Shown: positions 1 to 8,818, counted from the first letter of the stretch. The stretch is DNA of 34,340 nt from Methanocella sp. (GCA_050261115.1 JBLNCY010000047.1:1-34340); one strand, 5' to 3'. Numbers and translations are program-made. The notes: generated from the sequence alone by a model not told the origin.

Positions 1-124
1 TTAGCTTGGCGAGGGCTTCAGCGATTCTATCCAGTTGCTTACGGATGTCACCGAGCTCCAAAACAAGAGACCTAAGGCACCATCTATCTTCATCTGTTAG
101 GACTGTTTTAGTCAACCAAGCCAC
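1..124 (-). CDS. Small hypothetical protein, 5' part only (runs off the window start)
   Basis: Manual translation: GTG at 124 (or TTG at 115) downstream of GAGGT gives (MAW)LTKTVLTDEDRWCLRSLVLELGDIRKQLDRIAEALAKL, an amphipathic helix open to position 1. Confidence 0.4.
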   Translation of the reverse strand, partial: MAWLTKTVLTDEDRWCLRSLVLELGDIRKQLDRIAEALAKL

Positions 125-177
125 CGAATCTACCTCTACATGGAGGCAGCTAGTATTAAAGATGTACCATCCCGGCG

Positions 178-576
178 CTATTCTGGAACCACAGCCACCG
201 CATCCATCTCCACAAGCCAGTCAGGATGAGCCAACCCCGCAACAAACAAAACCGTCACGGCTGGGAAGCTCTTGCTGTGCCATCGCTTTTGGAACGCTTC
301 AAAGCCCTCCTGTGGATTCTGCCCTTGAACCAAATACACATTGAATTTAACAATGTTTTCGAGCTTAGCCCCCGCCTGCTCCAGTATAGACTGGATATTT
401 GTCAGGGCTTGTTCGGTTTGCGCCCTAAGACTGCCTTTGCCGACGATGTTGCCCTGTGGGTCGATTGCGTTTTGTCCGCCTATGTAGATTGTTTTGTGAT
501 TGCCGCTGACGGATACGGCGTGTGAGTAGCCCCTGGGGGGCGCCATGTTTGGAGGGTTGATGTACTCTAGCTCCAT
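178..576 (-). CDS. RidA/YjgF/UK114 family protein
   Basis: 132 aa with GYSHAV, IYIGGQ, QTEQALTNIQSILEQAGAKLENIVK and LAHPDWLVEMDAVAV, typical of the Rid family. Confidence 0.9.
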   Translation of the reverse strand: MELEYINPPNMAPPRGYSHAVSVSGNHKTIYIGGQNAIDPQGNIVGKGSLRAQTEQALTNIQSILEQAGAKLENIVKFNVYLVQGQNPQEGFEAFQKRWHSKSFPAVTVLFVAGLAHPDWLVEMDAVAVVPE

Positions 577-652
577 AGAAGTTCACAGTTATCTTAGGGG
601 AGGAGTTCATTAAAAGCTAATGCCCAGCTGAGCTCGTAGACCCCCCGCTGGG

Positions 653-1123
653 TTACTGTAGTTCTTTTTTGAGCATCACCATATCTCTTAATTGTATGCC
701 ATGATCATAGATTGGCCGCGGATAGTTTTGGACAAAAAAATCCTTTTTAACACCATACTTGACGAACCCTTGTTTTAGGTAAAAGAGTATGGGCATGCCT
801 GAAGTGTCCCATGTGCCGATGAGAATTCTTCTAAATCCCCTAGCTTTTGCCCTGTCATTGGCGTCTTTTAGTAATACTTTCCCTATTCCTTGCCCTTGGT
901 ACTCTGGGGCTACGGCGATATTTTTTATCTCTGCCTCTTGAGCGTTTAAAACTAAAAGAGCATAAACTGCGATTATTCGGTTTTCTTTTTCAAGCACATA
1001 TATTTCGCAGTCAAATATGTACCTGTTTATGGCTTCCATAGTTTCATCAGCAAGCAACAATAGGTCATAGGGAATCTTTTCGTTTGTGTGTAGTCGCCTG
1101 ATTGTATAATTAGAATTTGTCAT
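653..1123 (-). CDS. GNAT family N-acetyltransferase
   Basis: Acetyl-CoA motif A (NIAVAPEYQGQGIGKVLL), LLLLADE and FYLKQGF. Confidence 0.9.
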   Translation of the reverse strand: MTNSNYTIRRLHTNEKIPYDLLLLADETMEAINRYIFDCEIYVLEKENRIIAVYALLVLNAQEAEIKNIAVAPEYQGQGIGKVLLKDANDRAKARGFRRILIGTWDTSGMPILFYLKQGFVKYGVKKDFFVQNYPRPIYDHGIQLRDMVMLKKELQ

Positions 1124-1208
1124 CTGTAGCGCTCGACTTTAAGGTTTAAGGATTTTATTTGCGCGTCACTTAACATGCCGGCCGCGGAGCCTTGGCAAAT
1201 TACTGTCC

Positions 1209-1361
1209 CTAAACGACGCCATGCTGTGCTCTTTTGTGTGTGGTGAGTTCAAGGCGTGTTTCGAATTTGTCACCGCAGAAACTGCACGCATGCTCTACTT
1301 TATAGTTCCCTTCCGCTTTTCTCTTCTCTGTGACCGAGGTTTCTTCATTAGCCTGACTCAA
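1209..1361 (-). CDS. Small C2H2-type zinc-finger protein (50 aa; not in the ORF track)
   Basis: TTG at 1361 after a GGGTGG SD-like sequence, TAG at 1211-1209: MSQANEETSVTEKRKAEGNYKVEHACSFCGDKFETRLELTTHKRAQHGVV, pattern C-x2-C-x3-F-x5-L-x2-H-x4-H. Confidence 0.75.
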   Translation of the reverse strand: MSQANEETSVTEKRKAEGNYKVEHACSFCGDKFETRLELTTHKRAQHGVV

Positions 1362-1445
1362 AAAACCACCCTTCTAGAAATGAATTCTGTTGCTATTATT
1401 ACTTACCATCCCTAAGCCATTTTGACGCTTCAAGATAGAGCTGGC

Positions 1446-1799
1446 TTAACTGAAATGCTGTTGAATGTATTCTTTTAAGGCGGCTGCACTGTTGAGTTTC
1501 TCTTCTTTGGAGCCGAAAACAAAGGTTATCTGGGCGTTTTTAGCCTCTTTAGCTAATCTGGCAGCAGTCTCTTTTTGGCGGTCAAGTTCTGCCCAGTATC
1601 TTGCTTTAAACTCAACCCACTTCGCTGGGTCATGGTTGTACCATTTCCTGAGGTCACGGCTAGGCGCTACCTCTTTAAGCCACAAATCTATTGCTGCCTC
1701 CTCTTTTCTTAAACCTCTCGGCCATAAACGTTCAACTAAAATCCTCTTACCATCTGACTCACTAGGCTTCTCGTAGGCACGTTTGAGGGCGATGGGCAT
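1446..1799 (-). CDS. DUF488 (YeaO-like) family protein
   Basis: KRAYE...DGKRILVERLWPRG...WLKEVAPS.DLRKWY.HDP..W.EF..RY, the characteristic YeaO/DUF488 pattern. Confidence 0.9.
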   Translation of the reverse strand: MPIALKRAYEKPSESDGKRILVERLWPRGLRKEEAAIDLWLKEVAPSRDLRKWYNHDPAKWVEFKARYWAELDRQKETAARLAKEAKNAQITFVFGSKEEKLNSAAALKEYIQQHFS

Positions 1800-2111
1800 T
1801 TAAAACACCAATTCTACGCAACTATTGGTTGAAACTAATATATGAAATAAATCCGCACGTAGATGCAGTTTGAAGCGACTTGCAGTTGGTAGAAGAGTAA
1901 ACCAAGCGGCTCTTGCTTCTCAGCACCTATTGCGTCGTGGGCTAAATTCGATTCTACCGTTTACAAAAAAATACGCCCTAACAAGGGAAAGAAAAAAGCG
2001 TTGGATGTTCAGTGCATTTCTCTATAATGCTAAACGCGGACTTCGAGAGTCCGTTCTGTCTCCTTTGGGGCGCCTAAACCTCGCAATCCCACCGTTGTTA
2101 GTTGGCGCTGT

Positions 2112-2395
2112 TTATGTTGGCAGTGCTTCTCGTTTGTTCCATTTTTTCCAGACGCCCACGGTTTCTGTGTCTACCACTGAAATGCTCTGTTTTTGGAGGT
2201 CGGTTTTCGTTTTGGTGCTGCAGGTTTTGGCAAAAATACAGTCGTTGCAGTGGAATGTTTCGTTTTTTGTTTGGCAGTCTACGTCTATTTGGCGATACAT
2301 TGTCTTAGGTGGGGTTCTTCGTTCTGTATTTTTTGGTTGATGCGGATTTTTCTGGCGTTATTTTGTTTAATAGTTCTCGATAATTTTGGACCCAT
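2112..2395 (-). CDS. Small Cys-rich hypothetical protein, possibly split by a 1-nt frameshift (ORFs 2285-2395 and 2112-2300)
   Basis: The 62-aa ORF has C-x8-C-x2-C-x5-C. An upstream 36-aa ORF (ATG 2395, preceded by GGAAGTGA) overlaps it and would fuse in frame with one extra A near 2288-2290. Confidence 0.45.
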
Positions 2396-2530
2396 TTGTT
2401 TCACTTCCACTTGTCTGATTAAATAGGTTTCCTGCAGACTTATATAAATTCCGCTGAAGTAAAATAATATCTTCTAAGGCTAAGTTTATATCCAAGACAC
2501 AAAAAAGGTATATCACACCGGAGTGAAAGC

Positions 2531-2812
2531 TTGACCTCACAAGAACTAAAAATAAGCGGACAAGAAGCCCTCAACTTAATCAAAGAATTATCCTCAATCA
2601 CCAGTTTTAAAATACTCCAGCTATTATCCGAAGAAAACCTTGATATCTCATCAATCGCTCGCCGACTGAAACTAAGTGAAGCACACATAAGCGGCGAAAT
2701 CAACCGCCTACAAAACCTCCAACTCATAAAAGTCAACTATGCACCTGGAAAACGTGGCATACGGAAAGTATGCGAACTAGCCGTTAGACAAATCTCCATC
2801 ATTCTAAACTAA
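2531..2812 (+). CDS. ArsR-type winged-helix transcriptional regulator
   Basis: 93 aa: KILQLLSEENLDISSIARRLKLSEAHISGEINRLQNLQLIKV (HTH) followed by a wing, GKRGIRKVC. Confidence 0.8.
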   Translation: MTSQELKISGQEALNLIKELSSITSFKILQLLSEENLDISSIARRLKLSEAHISGEINRLQNLQLIKVNYAPGKRGIRKVCELAVRQISIILN

Positions 2813-2982
2813 TAACCCAACGGTACATGCAGGCCCTAAGTCGGCACCTATACCATATAATTTGTAAAAACTAAACGATACTTACATAAAGCTTGAGCGA
2901 CGTACCCTTTGTTATAAGTTGATGTTATGATGGCAAAGATTTCTGAAGGGGCCTCATTTTCCCTTGCTCCTTAGGATGCGGT

Positions 2983-3978
2983 ATGACCTCCAATGAAGAA
3001 TACACCCTAAAACCCAAAGCCAAGCACAGCCAAACAGGCACATGCCAAGAATGCGGTGCTAGCAACCTAATACACGACAATGACACTGGAGAGACCATCT
3101 GCGCTGGCTGCGGCTTAGTCTTGTATGAAGAGCAGTTGCTTGATAAGGGGCCGGAATGGCGAGCGTTCACGTTGGAACAAAAAGCCGCTCGGAGCAGGGT
3201 TGGTTGCCCGACTTCTTACTCGGTACATGACAAAGGGTTATCCACAACCATTAGTCAAATTGATAGGGACGCTCTTGGGCGGAGACTGCCGCTCTCTACT
3301 CGGCTTCAGATGTGGCGTCTTCGTAAATGGCAAATACGGAGCCGTGTGCATTCCTCTGTGGATCGCAATCTGGCTCAAGCCATGTCAGAGCTAGATAGGC
3401 TGTCTGATAAGCTCTATATGTCGCAGGCAACTAAAGAAAAAGCGGCCGTGATCTATCGAAAAGCCCTTGAGAAAGGCCTTGTGAGGGGCAGGTCCATAGC
3501 GACTATTGTCACGGCTTCTCTTTATGCGGCTTGTCGGGGAACTAAAACACCGCGGTCTCTTCGGGAAATCGCTGAAGTAAGCTTAGTAAATAAGAAAGAC
3601 GTAGCCCGCTGCTATCGTTTGCTGCTAAAAGAGCTTGACGTAAAAATCCCTGTAGCTGACCCGTTAACCTACGTGTCAAAAATCGCTGTTAAAGCCGAGA
3701 TTTCAGGCATCTCTCAGGGTAAGGCGATTGAAATCCTACGACAAGCAAGACACAAGCGCATAGCCACAGGAAAAGATCCAACGGGCATCGCCGCTGCCGT
3801 ATTGTATATCGCGTGTCTGCAAAACAACGAAAAGATAACCCAAAAAGACATCGCTGAAGCAGCTGGCGTCACAGAAGTTACGGTCAGAAACCGCTACAAG
3901 GCACTGCAAAAGAGCTTGAATTTAGACGTCCCTGACGTTAAACCCCCTTTTCCTAGCCGCAGCATCTGGAATAATTAA
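2983..3978 (+). CDS. tfb: Transcription initiation factor IIB (TFB)
   Basis: Zn ribbon CQECG...CAGCG, B-reader GPEWRAF, two cyclin repeats and C-terminal TQKDIAEAAGVTEVTVRNRYK. Confidence 0.97.
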   Translation: MTSNEEYTLKPKAKHSQTGTCQECGASNLIHDNDTGETICAGCGLVLYEEQLLDKGPEWRAFTLEQKAARSRVGCPTSYSVHDKGLSTTISQIDRDALGRRLPLSTRLQMWRLRKWQIRSRVHSSVDRNLAQAMSELDRLSDKLYMSQATKEKAAVIYRKALEKGLVRGRSIATIVTASLYAACRGTKTPRSLREIAEVSLVNKKDVARCYRLLLKELDVKIPVADPLTYVSKIAVKAEISGISQGKAIEILRQARHKRIATGKDPTGIAAAVLYIACLQNNEKITQKDIAEAAGVTEVTVRNRYKALQKSLNLDVPDVKPPFPSRSIWNN

Positions 3979-4048
3979 TTACCCATTTTTTGCTTGGAGA
4001 AATGAAGCTAATATGCCGAACGGCGGCAGTACGAATGCTTATTAGAAG

Positions 4049-4176
4049 TGGTGCTACGGGCAGGATTTGAACCTGCGAACCCCTGCGGGAAAGGATATCC
4101 CATCCGTTGGGGCAGACCTGCCGGCCAAACGTTGATCTTGAGTCCTTCACCTTTGACCTGGCTTGGTTACCGTAGC
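4049..4176 (-). tRNA. tRNA-Leu(CAA) with a 40-nt intron at position 37/38 (4097-4136) and encoded CCA
   Basis: Acceptor stem GCTACGG/CCGTAGC plus ACCA; anticodon arm AAGGA-CT-CAA-G^A-TCCTT; long variable arm; T arm GCAGG-TTCAAAT-CCTGC. Intron junctions form a bulge-helix-bulge (CTCA pairs with TGGG, bulges AG^A and AT^A). Confidence 0.95.
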
Positions 4177-4205
4177 CCTTGCAGACACAAGATGGTTGAC
4201 TTCTG

Positions 4206-4220
4206 CTTATTAATCGTTTC
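4206..4220 (-). promoter_or_regulatory. Putative BRE/TATA promoter of tRNA-Leu
   Basis: Minus strand GAAACGATTAATAAG about 30 nt upstream of the mature tRNA 5' end. Confidence 0.45.
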
Positions 4221-4238
4221 TCAGCTAAAATGAGGCTG

Positions 4239-5060
4239 CTACTTTATTTTTCCTTTTAAGTCGACTTTTTGGGCACTACGCCAGAGTTTCTCGAAGTGGT
4301 CTCTAAAAGCGATCAGTAAGCTGGGGTGGTTTGTCCAGATTAACGGTGTCTCGCCTAAGCTGCGGGAGGGGTAGACGCTGAAACTGCTTTCTTTGTCATC
4401 AAAAAGGGTTGCGTTGAGCTTCAGTTTTTCCTCCACGATTCTTATTTCGTAGTTAGGGTGTGTTATTACTGATTTGAAGTCTTTTGAGAAGACTAATTCG
4501 CCTGTGGGTTTTTCGATAATTATTCGGTGCTTTATTCCCCTCTTGAGGTTTTTTTCTACAGTTTCAGATGCTTCCATGTTGAATTGGTTCCATCGCTGAA
4601 GGGTGGTGAGAATGCATATTTCCTTGATTGCGGAGCAGCCTGCTTGTTTGCTTTTCTTTATGATGGTGTCTTTTCCTTCGATTATACTTATTTGGTATTT
4701 CTCTTCTGTGGGTTGCTCTTGTTGCTTGTTGTATTCTTTTAGAAATGTCTTTACGTCGGAGGTCATTTTTTCGTAGGCGGCTGCTTTTTCTTTCATCATT
4801 ATTGATAAGCCATCGGAGAGTGGGATCGCTTTGTATTCTTGCGGTAGGGCAAGAATTTTTTCGATGAGACCTTTCTCTTGTAATTCGCCAAGTGCGCGGT
4901 AAGTGGCTTGCCGGGGTACGTTTGCTTGTCGGGATAGATTTTTGGCGTCGGTTTTCCCCATGTTGATGAGTGTCAGGTAGAGTTTCGCCTGAGTCTCAGT
5001 GAAGCCTACTTCAACAAGCAATTTTATGCGGTCTTTGTCGTCTTGCAGTGCTACTACCAT
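4239..5060 (-). CDS. TrmB family transcriptional regulator
   Basis: N-terminal TrmB HTH (GFTETQAKLYLTL...VPRQATYRALGELQEKGLIEK) and a C-terminal effector domain ending in FRDHFEKLWRSA. Confidence 0.9.
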   Translation of the reverse strand: MVVALQDDKDRIKLLVEVGFTETQAKLYLTLINMGKTDAKNLSRQANVPRQATYRALGELQEKGLIEKILALPQEYKAIPLSDGLSIMMKEKAAAYEKMTSDVKTFLKEYNKQQEQPTEEKYQISIIEGKDTIIKKSKQAGCSAIKEICILTTLQRWNQFNMEASETVEKNLKRGIKHRIIIEKPTGELVFSKDFKSVITHPNYEIRIVEEKLKLNATLFDDKESSFSVYPSRSLGETPLIWTNHPSLLIAFRDHFEKLWRSAQKVDLKGKIK

Positions 5061-5204
5061 CTACCGTTACCTTATATCTTGCAATTAGAAGAGGCAGAAA
5101 TTTAAGGATTATCAAAAAAATGTATTACATTTATCGAGAGTATCATAGGATTTTTTTACAGTTGACCGCAAGAGTAAAAACAGCAGCTAACGATACAATA
5201 CGCG

Positions 5205-6092
5205 ATGCCCACCCAACACCAGATAATCATAGGTAACAGCAGATGCATGACTGAGCTAAAAGACAACTCAATTGAGCTAATGGTAACCTCGCCCCCTTAT
5301 CCTATGATACAGATGTGGGATGAACTCTTCTGCGAGTCCGACAGAAAAATAGCTGCCCTATGGCGCAAACTTGAACACGACGATGGTGTTGTGCGGCAAA
5401 TTTATGACTTAATGCATCAAAACCTCGCCGAAGTCTGGGCGGAAACCTATCGGGTGTTAACTGACGGCGGCATAGCTGCAATTAACATAGGCGACGCTAC
5501 CCGCAGCATCAACGGCAAGTTCCAACTCTTCCCTAACCACTCACGTATCATTGAAGTTTGCGAAAAAATCGGCTTCACAGCGCTACCCTATATACTCTGG
5601 AAAAAACCGACTAATCGACCCAAATACAAGGGCAAAGGCGCATTCTTAGGGTCAGGGTTTTTGCCACCTAACGCATACATAACGCTGGACTGCGAGTTTA
5701 TTCTGCTATTTAGAAAGGGGAAATTACGCAAATATGAACCCCACCACACCGAACGCTACGCGAGTCGTTTCACGAAGACTCAGCGGGATGTTTGGTTTAG
5801 TCAAATCTGGGATTTTAAGGGTACAAGGCAGGCCGCTAGTACGCTTGAGCGGCGAACCGCAGCTTACCCCGATGAAGTAGCAGAACGGCTAATTCGTATG
5901 TTTAGTGTAAAGGGCGAGACAGTACTGGATCCCTTCTTAGGTTCAGGGACAACCGTCAAGGCAGCAATACTTAACGACCGAAACAGCGTAGGCTACGAAC
6001 TAGACCCAAAGATATTGCCGATACTGTCTGAAAAGCTTGAGAAAGCAAAAATAGAAAAGGCTGCTAACGTAACCATTACCAAACGTCAATAG
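5205..6092 (+). CDS. Site-specific DNA methyltransferase (beta class, N4-C/N6-A), orphan
   Basis: Catalytic motif IV VTSPPY near the N-terminus and SAM-binding motif I VLDPFLGSGTT near the C-terminus. Confidence 0.9.
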   Translation: MPTQHQIIIGNSRCMTELKDNSIELMVTSPPYPMIQMWDELFCESDRKIAALWRKLEHDDGVVRQIYDLMHQNLAEVWAETYRVLTDGGIAAINIGDATRSINGKFQLFPNHSRIIEVCEKIGFTALPYILWKKPTNRPKYKGKGAFLGSGFLPPNAYITLDCEFILLFRKGKLRKYEPHHTERYASRFTKTQRDVWFSQIWDFKGTRQAASTLERRTAAYPDEVAERLIRMFSVKGETVLDPFLGSGTTVKAAILNDRNSVGYELDPKILPILSEKLEKAKIEKAANVTITKRQ

Positions 6093-6103
6093 GTCGGGAG
6101 TTT

Positions 6104-6568
6104 ATGAATGCAATAGTGGTTTATGCAACTCACCGTAGCAACACACAGAAGGTTGCAGAAGCAATAGCCCAAGCAGCCAACTGCAAAGCAGTGAAGCTAA
6201 CCGAGAATTTTGATTATTCCGCGGTTTCACTTGAGGGGATTGATTTGGTTTTTCTGGGGACCGGTATTAGAGGCGGCGAACCCTATGTGGAGTTGCAAAA
6301 CTTTTTAAAAACGGCGGACTTGGGTGTTGGCAAACAGTTTGCCTTGGTTATGACTTGGGCTGGGGGCGGCGCAAGCAATAAGCTCGCTTATGAAGCGGTA
6401 AAGAGTGCGCTGGAGGCCAGAGGGCAACAGTTAAACCCAGATTACTTCTTATGTTTAGGGCAAACTTTTAGGTTCACGCATCGAGGTCACCCAAACGCGT
6501 GCGACTTGGAAAACGCGAAAAAATGGGCGCAGCAACAGCTTATGTCCATTCATGGATTGAAACCGTAA
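6104..6568 (+). CDS. Flavodoxin-like protein
   Basis: IVVYATHRSNTQKVAEAIA (FMN phosphate loop), DLVFLGTG and GHPNACDLENAKKWA. Confidence 0.85.
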   Translation: MNAIVVYATHRSNTQKVAEAIAQAANCKAVKLTENFDYSAVSLEGIDLVFLGTGIRGGEPYVELQNFLKTADLGVGKQFALVMTWAGGGASNKLAYEAVKSALEARGQQLNPDYFLCLGQTFRFTHRGHPNACDLENAKKWAQQQLMSIHGLKP

Positions 6569-6962
6569 ATTCCTGCCAAGCGGGGTCACCCTGCTGGGTG
6601 ACCAAAGCCACTGCGCTGTTAAGCCAACTCAGCCTCTCTGATGCTGTTCGGAAACGCCATATTTCTACACTTTTGGCGCTTTCCCATCGGGGGTTACCGT
6701 AGCCTGTGCTCTCGATTGCCGCCATATCTTTCGACGTAAATAAGATGCCCTGTCCCGTCGTTGCACCTGCCCCTTTGTTTGTGAGCGGCGCCACTTTAGT
6801 CCCCGTAAACACTATCGCTCCATTAACTCCCTCAGCTTTTCCTGCGCCTTTTACGTCACCGGCCCAGGTAAACTCTACCGTCAATCCTTCCGCATCGACT
6901 TTCTTAATAATAGTGGATTGTGTTTTACCTTTGCCTTGCCAGAGTAATTCACCTATTCCCAA
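6540..6962 (-). CDS. Hypothetical beta-rich protein
   Basis: Part of ORF 6540-7028. The likely start is TTG at 6962, just after a GAGGTGA SD (MGIGELLWQGKGK...). Gly/Thr-rich beta-strand pattern. Confidence 0.65.
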   Translation of the reverse strand: MGIGELLWQGKGKTQSTIIKKVDAEGLTVEFTWAGDVKGAGKAEGVNGAIVFTGTKVAPLTNKGAGATTGQGILFTSKDMAAIESTGYGNPRWESAKSVEIWRFRTASERLSWLNSAVALVTQQGDPAWQEFTVSIHEWT

Positions 6963-7158
6963 CTTATTCACCTCGCTCATGGAGAAGTTAAGGTGATATA
7001 AGGAAACGTGACTGCAACAAGAAACCACAATGCCCAGTGGAAAGCGGTTGTTTTTTCAGGTTATCGGTGCTGCAATGTACGTTTTGTTAGTGATTGGGCA
7101 ATTTGGTAAACACTTAATAGTGTGCCGTGAATTTCTCATACCCAAAGGAGAATCAAAT

Positions 7159-8415
7159 TTGTTCCTTAATGATATTGCAGAAGTCATCTATGCACCAAAG
7201 AGAGCGTTCAAACGCATAGTAGCCAACCCGAAATACTTGGGCATCATAGTAGTCATTCTATTGTTCTTGGGACTAGCAATGGCATATGAGTATTCGCAGT
7301 TCAGTAAAATTCACATAGAAACCACTGCCCCTCTACCGGGTGCTATGCAGAACTTTAACAACGCCACCTTCTGGCAGGCGGGCGCCAATGTGGAGTTATC
7401 GAACAATTTCGATGATTTCTTCAATAATACCGTTTACCTTGCGGACTATAACCTGTATTATGAACTGTTTGGCAACCACAGTCTACAGGTACAAGCCAAC
7501 AACACCAATAGCGTCCTGCTCGCGTTGGTTGATACTTCTAACGTTGACTGCACCCCTAACGGCTTCCAAAATCTCTCAATCACCCTAAAGCTTCTATCGC
7601 CACAATCTGCCCCCTCCAACGCAACCCTAATCCTATACTCGTTAGGTGACGAAAACTACTACACCTACGACTTAACAAGCGACCTCCAAAGCGCACAAGC
7701 CATCAACCAATGGGGCAACATAACTATCCCCCTGGGGCCTGAAGCAACCGACTGGACCGAACACGGTAACCCAACATGGCAAAACGTAACCTCCCTAACC
7801 TTGCAACTCGATTACCCAGAAAACACCGACATAAGCCTACGTATAGGCGCATTATTCTTCCGAGGCAACTACATACAGCCCCTTGTCGCAAACCCAACAA
7901 GCTTTGTCTACATATTCCTGCTCCAGTTCTCGCTGCAGCTCCTAGCCACATGGCTTGTCCTAACTGGCATGATCTTTCTGCTTCTTAAAGCATTCAAATC
8001 CGCCGTAGTCTGGAAACCAATCTTTGTCGCTGTGGGCTTTGCTTTAATCGTTATGGCAATTCGAATGGCGCTAAACCTTGCAGCAACAGCCGCCTTACCC
8101 GACTTGTATTATCCGTTTGATGCGGCTTTAGGTGTAATGTATGATCAGTTCGGTTCACTAAACTACCCTGTGGGCGTAGCAATACCTGTTGCAGAATCCG
8201 CCGCCGCTATGGCAAACATAGCCACATCGATCGCCACCTATAAAACAATCCTAACGGCCCTCTTCATAGCATCATATGCATGGCTAGCTGGATTAGCAAC
8301 TGTCATCGTTAAGGAACTAAAACCAGAATTTAACCTCCTCAAATGCATAGCAATAGCTGCTTTGGGCGTTGCAGTTACAATACTGGTCCTTCTGTTCTTT
8401 ATCGGCTTTGTTTAG
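7159..8415 (+). CDS. Yip1-like multi-pass membrane protein with a large inserted extracytoplasmic domain
   Basis: Likely TTG start at 7159 after a GGAG SD. Yip1-like N-terminus (VIYAPKRAFKRI), one TM helix, a ~200-aa Asn/Thr-rich beta domain with N-x-S/T sequons, then about 4 TM helices. Confidence 0.7.
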   Translation: MFLNDIAEVIYAPKRAFKRIVANPKYLGIIVVILLFLGLAMAYEYSQFSKIHIETTAPLPGAMQNFNNATFWQAGANVELSNNFDDFFNNTVYLADYNLYYELFGNHSLQVQANNTNSVLLALVDTSNVDCTPNGFQNLSITLKLLSPQSAPSNATLILYSLGDENYYTYDLTSDLQSAQAINQWGNITIPLGPEATDWTEHGNPTWQNVTSLTLQLDYPENTDISLRIGALFFRGNYIQPLVANPTSFVYIFLLQFSLQLLATWLVLTGMIFLLLKAFKSAVVWKPIFVAVGFALIVMAIRMALNLAATAALPDLYYPFDAALGVMYDQFGSLNYPVGVAIPVAESAAAMANIATSIATYKTILTALFIASYAWLAGLATVIVKELKPEFNLLKCIAIAALGVAVTILVLLFFIGFV

Positions 8416-8427
8416 CCGTCAACCGAA

Positions 8428-8446
8428 CCTTTCTTTTCTCTTTTTT
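8428..8446 (+). terminator. Putative archaeal oligo-T terminator
   Basis: Pyrimidine/T tract CCTTTCTTTTCTCTTTTTT just after the stop at 8415. Confidence 0.45.
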
Positions 8447-8524
8447 ACCATTTCCTCCCTAAGTGGGTAAGATTTATATCGTTGAAAAAGGAAAAGCGTT
8501 AGCAACGTTTAGAAGTGAAGCAGA

Positions 8525-8818
8525 TTGACTGATATTAAAGACCTTCAAGATGGAATGAAGCGGGTTAGTGTTGAAGCGAAAGTCGTCGAGAAAGGCGACG
8601 TTCGAGAAGTTAAGTCGCGATATAAGGATGAGACTTATCGTATTGTTGATGCTGTCATTGCTGATGAGACGGGCAGCATAAAGTTGACGTTGTGGAATGA
8701 GCAGATAGACCAGGTTAACGTTGGCGACAATGTTAAGATTGAGAATGGGTATGTCACCAGCTTTAAGGGTGAAAACCAGCTTAACGTTGGCAAATTCGGC
8801 AAGTTATCCGTCTCCTAA
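8525..8818 (+). CDS. ssb: Single-OB-fold single-stranded DNA-binding protein (crenarchaeal SSB/RPA-like)
   Basis: IKDLQDGMKRVSVEAKVVE...ADETGSIKLTLW...GDNVKIENGYVTSFKGENQLNVGKFG; GAAGTGA SD-like sequence before the TTG start. Confidence 0.88.
   Translation: MTDIKDLQDGMKRVSVEAKVVEKGDVREVKSRYKDETYRIVDAVIADETGSIKLTLWNEQIDQVNVGDNVKIENGYVTSFKGENQLNVGKFGKLSVS

Noticed and set aside
1870-2426. Plus-strand ORFs 1870-2340, 2102-2308 and 2193-2426
   Set aside because: No recognisable motifs, and they lie antisense to the better-supported Cys-rich ORF.
2920-2950. C/D-box-like ATGATG...CTGA upstream of tfb
   Set aside because: Imperfect C box, too short for a two-guide sRNA, and no terminal stem.
4048-4233. 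ORFs 4048-4233(+) and 3953-4150(-)
   Set aside because: They overlap the tRNA gene and are spurious translations.
3979-6092. Possible integrated element at tRNA-Leu (tRNA near a DNA methyltransferase)
   Set aside because: No integrase or transposase in the window, and I found no duplicate of the tRNA 3' end (att site).
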